Assembly: GCA_964016885.1 (NCBI GenBank)
Contig: OZ024740.1
Span: forward strand, 5,084,001 to 5,148,000
Length of the DNA stretch: 64,000 nucleotides
DNA from: Eledone cirrhosa
Taxonomy: Eukaryota
Direction: 5' to 3'
A program made the translations under genes and the position numbers. Under the pieces are notes generated by a model. That model searched no databases, had not been told where the DNA came from, and saw only the letters and a program-made list of their open reading frames with translations. Below, piece after piece: positions 61,626 through 64,000 of the stretch; position 1 is the first letter of the stretch, and every line of letters starts with the position of its first letter.

Positions 61626-64000
61626 TAACTTTGAATAACTTTGAAATGTTTTGGCCAGTATTGGCCCAGGCCATGTCTAACTTAATAGCACCACCTGGCG
61701 AAGTCTTTCAATTCAGGATTTGGGCACCATGGCCCATTCAAGAAGGGAATTACTATTTGCAGAGACATATCCGGGTGTGGGTGGTTTGTCCGGGATTACT
61801 TGGAGGAATTTGTCCAAAGACTTCTTGAATTTTGTGTGGTCAGTTTCTGTTTTGACGTGTCCTGGTGTGATGTTGAAGAGAGCAGGGCCAATTGAGGTGA
61901 AATAATTGTGCCGTATTGTTGTTATGAGTTGCGATTTAGAGTTTTGTTTGGGACGGATAGCATGGGGCCCAAGCCTTGGGTGTATTTTGAAGGTGATGCC
62001 AACATCATTTGGGCAGTGCTGATGAAATATTTTCCACATCATGCAGATAATATAACGCTCACGGCGACGTTGGAGTGAGTAAAGTTTCAGCTTTTCTAGT
62101 CGACCCCAGTAGTCAAGGTCTGACATGCCATCTATCTTTTTCGTGATTGCCCTTTGGGGAGCTTCAAGTTTCATGATACTTTGTTTCGTGTGGGGACACC
62201 ACAGTGGACAACAGTATTCAAGGTGTGGTCGGGCAAAAGTGGAGAAGAGAAGGATAATGGTGTGGGAATCTCTCGACTGGAAGGTTCTGAGGATCCAGGA
62301 ACACATTCTGCGGGCCATGTCAACTTTGCTGCTTATATGCGTGGCCCAGCTTATGTTGCTGTCCACAGTTACTCCCAAGTCTCTGATGTTGTTAGATGCC
62401 ACGAGAGTTTCACCGGAGGGAAGGGAGTACGGGGGTTTCAGAGTATCCTCTTTTCCAAAGTGGATCAGTTCGAATTTGTCTTCGTTCAGTAACATGTTGT
62501 TCTTTTCCGCCCATTGGGTAACAGCCAGTAGGTCTGACTGAAAGCTTATCCAGTCATCCACACCATTGATGACCTTTCGGAGCTTGGAATCATCAGCGAA
62601 AATTCTAATGTTGCTGTGTTTGATGATGTCAGTGATGTCATTAATATAGATGATGAAGAGAAGTGGGTTCAACACAGTGCCTTGTGGAATCCCACTACTG
62701 ACTTTGGCTGGGCTGGATTTGACTCCTTCGACTACAACATGTTGGGTTCTGTTTGACAGGAAGCACTTGATCCACTGCAGCAGCTTTCCAGTGACACCAA
62801 TATTGGACAGCTTTCTCAGTAGAATGTTGTGATCAACCCTGTCAAAGGCCTTGCTGAAATCAAGGTAGATAACATCAGTGTTGGAACCCTCTCCCAAGGC
62901 TCTCAAAATGTCATCAAAGTGATGCAGTAGCTGCGTCAGGCAATCCCTTCCATTACGGAATCCATGCTGGTTGGAGTTCAGCATATTGTTACTCTCAAGG
63001 AAGTGAGTCATTTGCGATTTCACCACTCTCTCAAATACCTTAATGATATGAGAGGTGAGTGAGATTGGACGGTAATTCACGGCAAGGGATTTGTTTCCTT
63101 TTTTGAAAACTGGGACAACAGACTGGGATAGGTTTTCTGGCACATATCCAGCATCCAGTGAGTTCTGCCACAGATTGGCAAGAGGAGATGCAAGTTGGTG
63201 TTGACACGCCTTCAAGACACAAGCAGGGAACCTATCGGGACCTACTGCTGAATTATGCTTGATTTCCTTTATTGCCGCTAAGACATCAGGTGCGCCAAAC
63301 GTTATGTCCGATAAGGTGTAATGGGGAGTAACATCGCCGATACAGCACAGATCGGCCATATCAGGATTGCTGAAAACAGAGCAGTATTGTTTCTGCAGTA
63401 TCTCACCCATGGTTTTAGCATTGTCTTGAAGAGTGCCATTTTCATCAATTAGAGGGCCAACAGTAGAGCCAGTGATTTTGTGTTTTTTTTGCAAATGAAA
63501 AGAACACTTTGGGATTGAGTTTGATCTTCTCAATGGCCCAGGCCTCTTCAGCTCTTTTTTGATTGTTGATGATAGACATCATATTGTTTTGGAGGTTATG
63601 TTTTTTAATCTCTAGTGATGAAATGCAGTCAAGTTGATGTGTTGCTGCTGACAGTATTTCAGCTTGTTGATTTTTTTGTTAGTTCTCTTAATTTTCCTGA
63701 TGAGCGTTTTTCTATTTCTAGGGATTCTGCTCTTAGATTTGTTTATAGTTCTTAATGGGGTGTGTTTTGCACATATGTTTGTAACAGTGTCTACAAATGT
63801 CTGCCAGGACTTTTTGATGTTAGTGGGTGTTTTAGTGTGCGTGAAGGACCAGTCGACATGTGCAAGATCATGACTGATCGCTTCCCAGTTTGCATTGTGG
63901 AAATCCATAGCATCAAACGGATGGACAGGAGAGATGACATTGGGTTTGTATATTAGACGGTGGAATCTCAGATCACAGAGAACCATGTCATGATCAGAGA
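61626..64000 (-). mobile_element. CR1-group (CR1/L2/Crack-like) LINE, running off the window end
   Basis: RT ORF plus upstream frameshifted pieces; short 3' UTR ending in a ttcaaagttat repeat. Confidence 0.88.
61713..63533 (-). CDS. Reverse transcriptase ORF2 fragment of a CR1-group LINE (disrupted upstream)
   Basis: NYRPISLTS, QHGFR, YLDFSKAFDRVDH, GIPQGTVL, FADD, RPHLEYCCPLW, LKLYSLQRRRER. Confidence 0.8.
   Translation of the reverse strand: MRRSNSIPKCSFHLQKKHKITGSTVGPLIDENGTLQDNAKTMGEILQKQYCSVFSNPDMADLCCIGDVTPHYTLSDITFGAPDVLAAIKEIKHNSAVGPDRFPACVLKACQHQLASPLANLWQNSLDAGYVPENLSQSVVPVFKKGNKSLAVNYRPISLTSHIIKVFERVVKSQMTHFLESNNMLNSNQHGFRNGRDCLTQLLHHFDDILRALGEGSNTDVIYLDFSKAFDRVDHNILLRKLSNIGVTGKLLQWIKCFLSNRTQHVVVEGVKSSPAKVSSGIPQGTVLNPLLFIIYINDITDIIKHSNIRIFADDSKLRKVINGVDDWISFQSDLLAVTQWAEKNNMLLNEDKFELIHFGKEDTLKPPYSLPSGETLVASNNIRDLGVTVDSNISWATHISSKVDMARRMCSWILRTFQSRDSHTIILLFSTFARPHLEYCCPLWCPHTKQSIMKLEAPQRAITKKIDGMSDLDYWGRLEKLKLYSLQRRRERYIICMMWKIFHQHCPNDVGITFKIHPRLGPHAIRPKQNSKSQLITTIRHNYFTSIGPALFNITPGHVKTETDHTKFKKSLDKFLQVIPDKPPTPGYVSANSNSLLEWAMVPKS

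Overview
Eukaryotic, AT-rich, repeat-dominated DNA with no recognisable host protein-coding exon. The repeat families (RTE LINEs with (GAT)n tails, CORE-type and Meta-type tRNA SINEs, dense TA/CA microsatellites) suggest an octopod cephalopod; this is an inference. About 41 kb (6851-48037) is one satellite of a 57-bp hairpin-containing monomer, with 48- and 55-bp variants, nested higher-order duplications and a duplicated fold-back inversion. The flanks hold RTE, Tx1/L1-like, CR1-group and CRE-like LINE fragments, an internally deleted Helitron, SINEs, Penelope-like palindromes carrying minimal hammerhead motifs, and several minisatellites. The main observation is that the unique DNA just left (6796-6874) and just right (48019-48099) of the satellite base-pairs into one ~80-bp imperfect stem with about 11 G.U pairs and only about 2 A.C mismatches on the + strand. 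The satellite therefore appears to be an in situ amplification of the apex of a structured RNA hairpin. A 26-bp minisatellite shows the same architecture, and similar hairpins recur in other unique-DNA islands. All folding was done by eye and needs computational confirmation.
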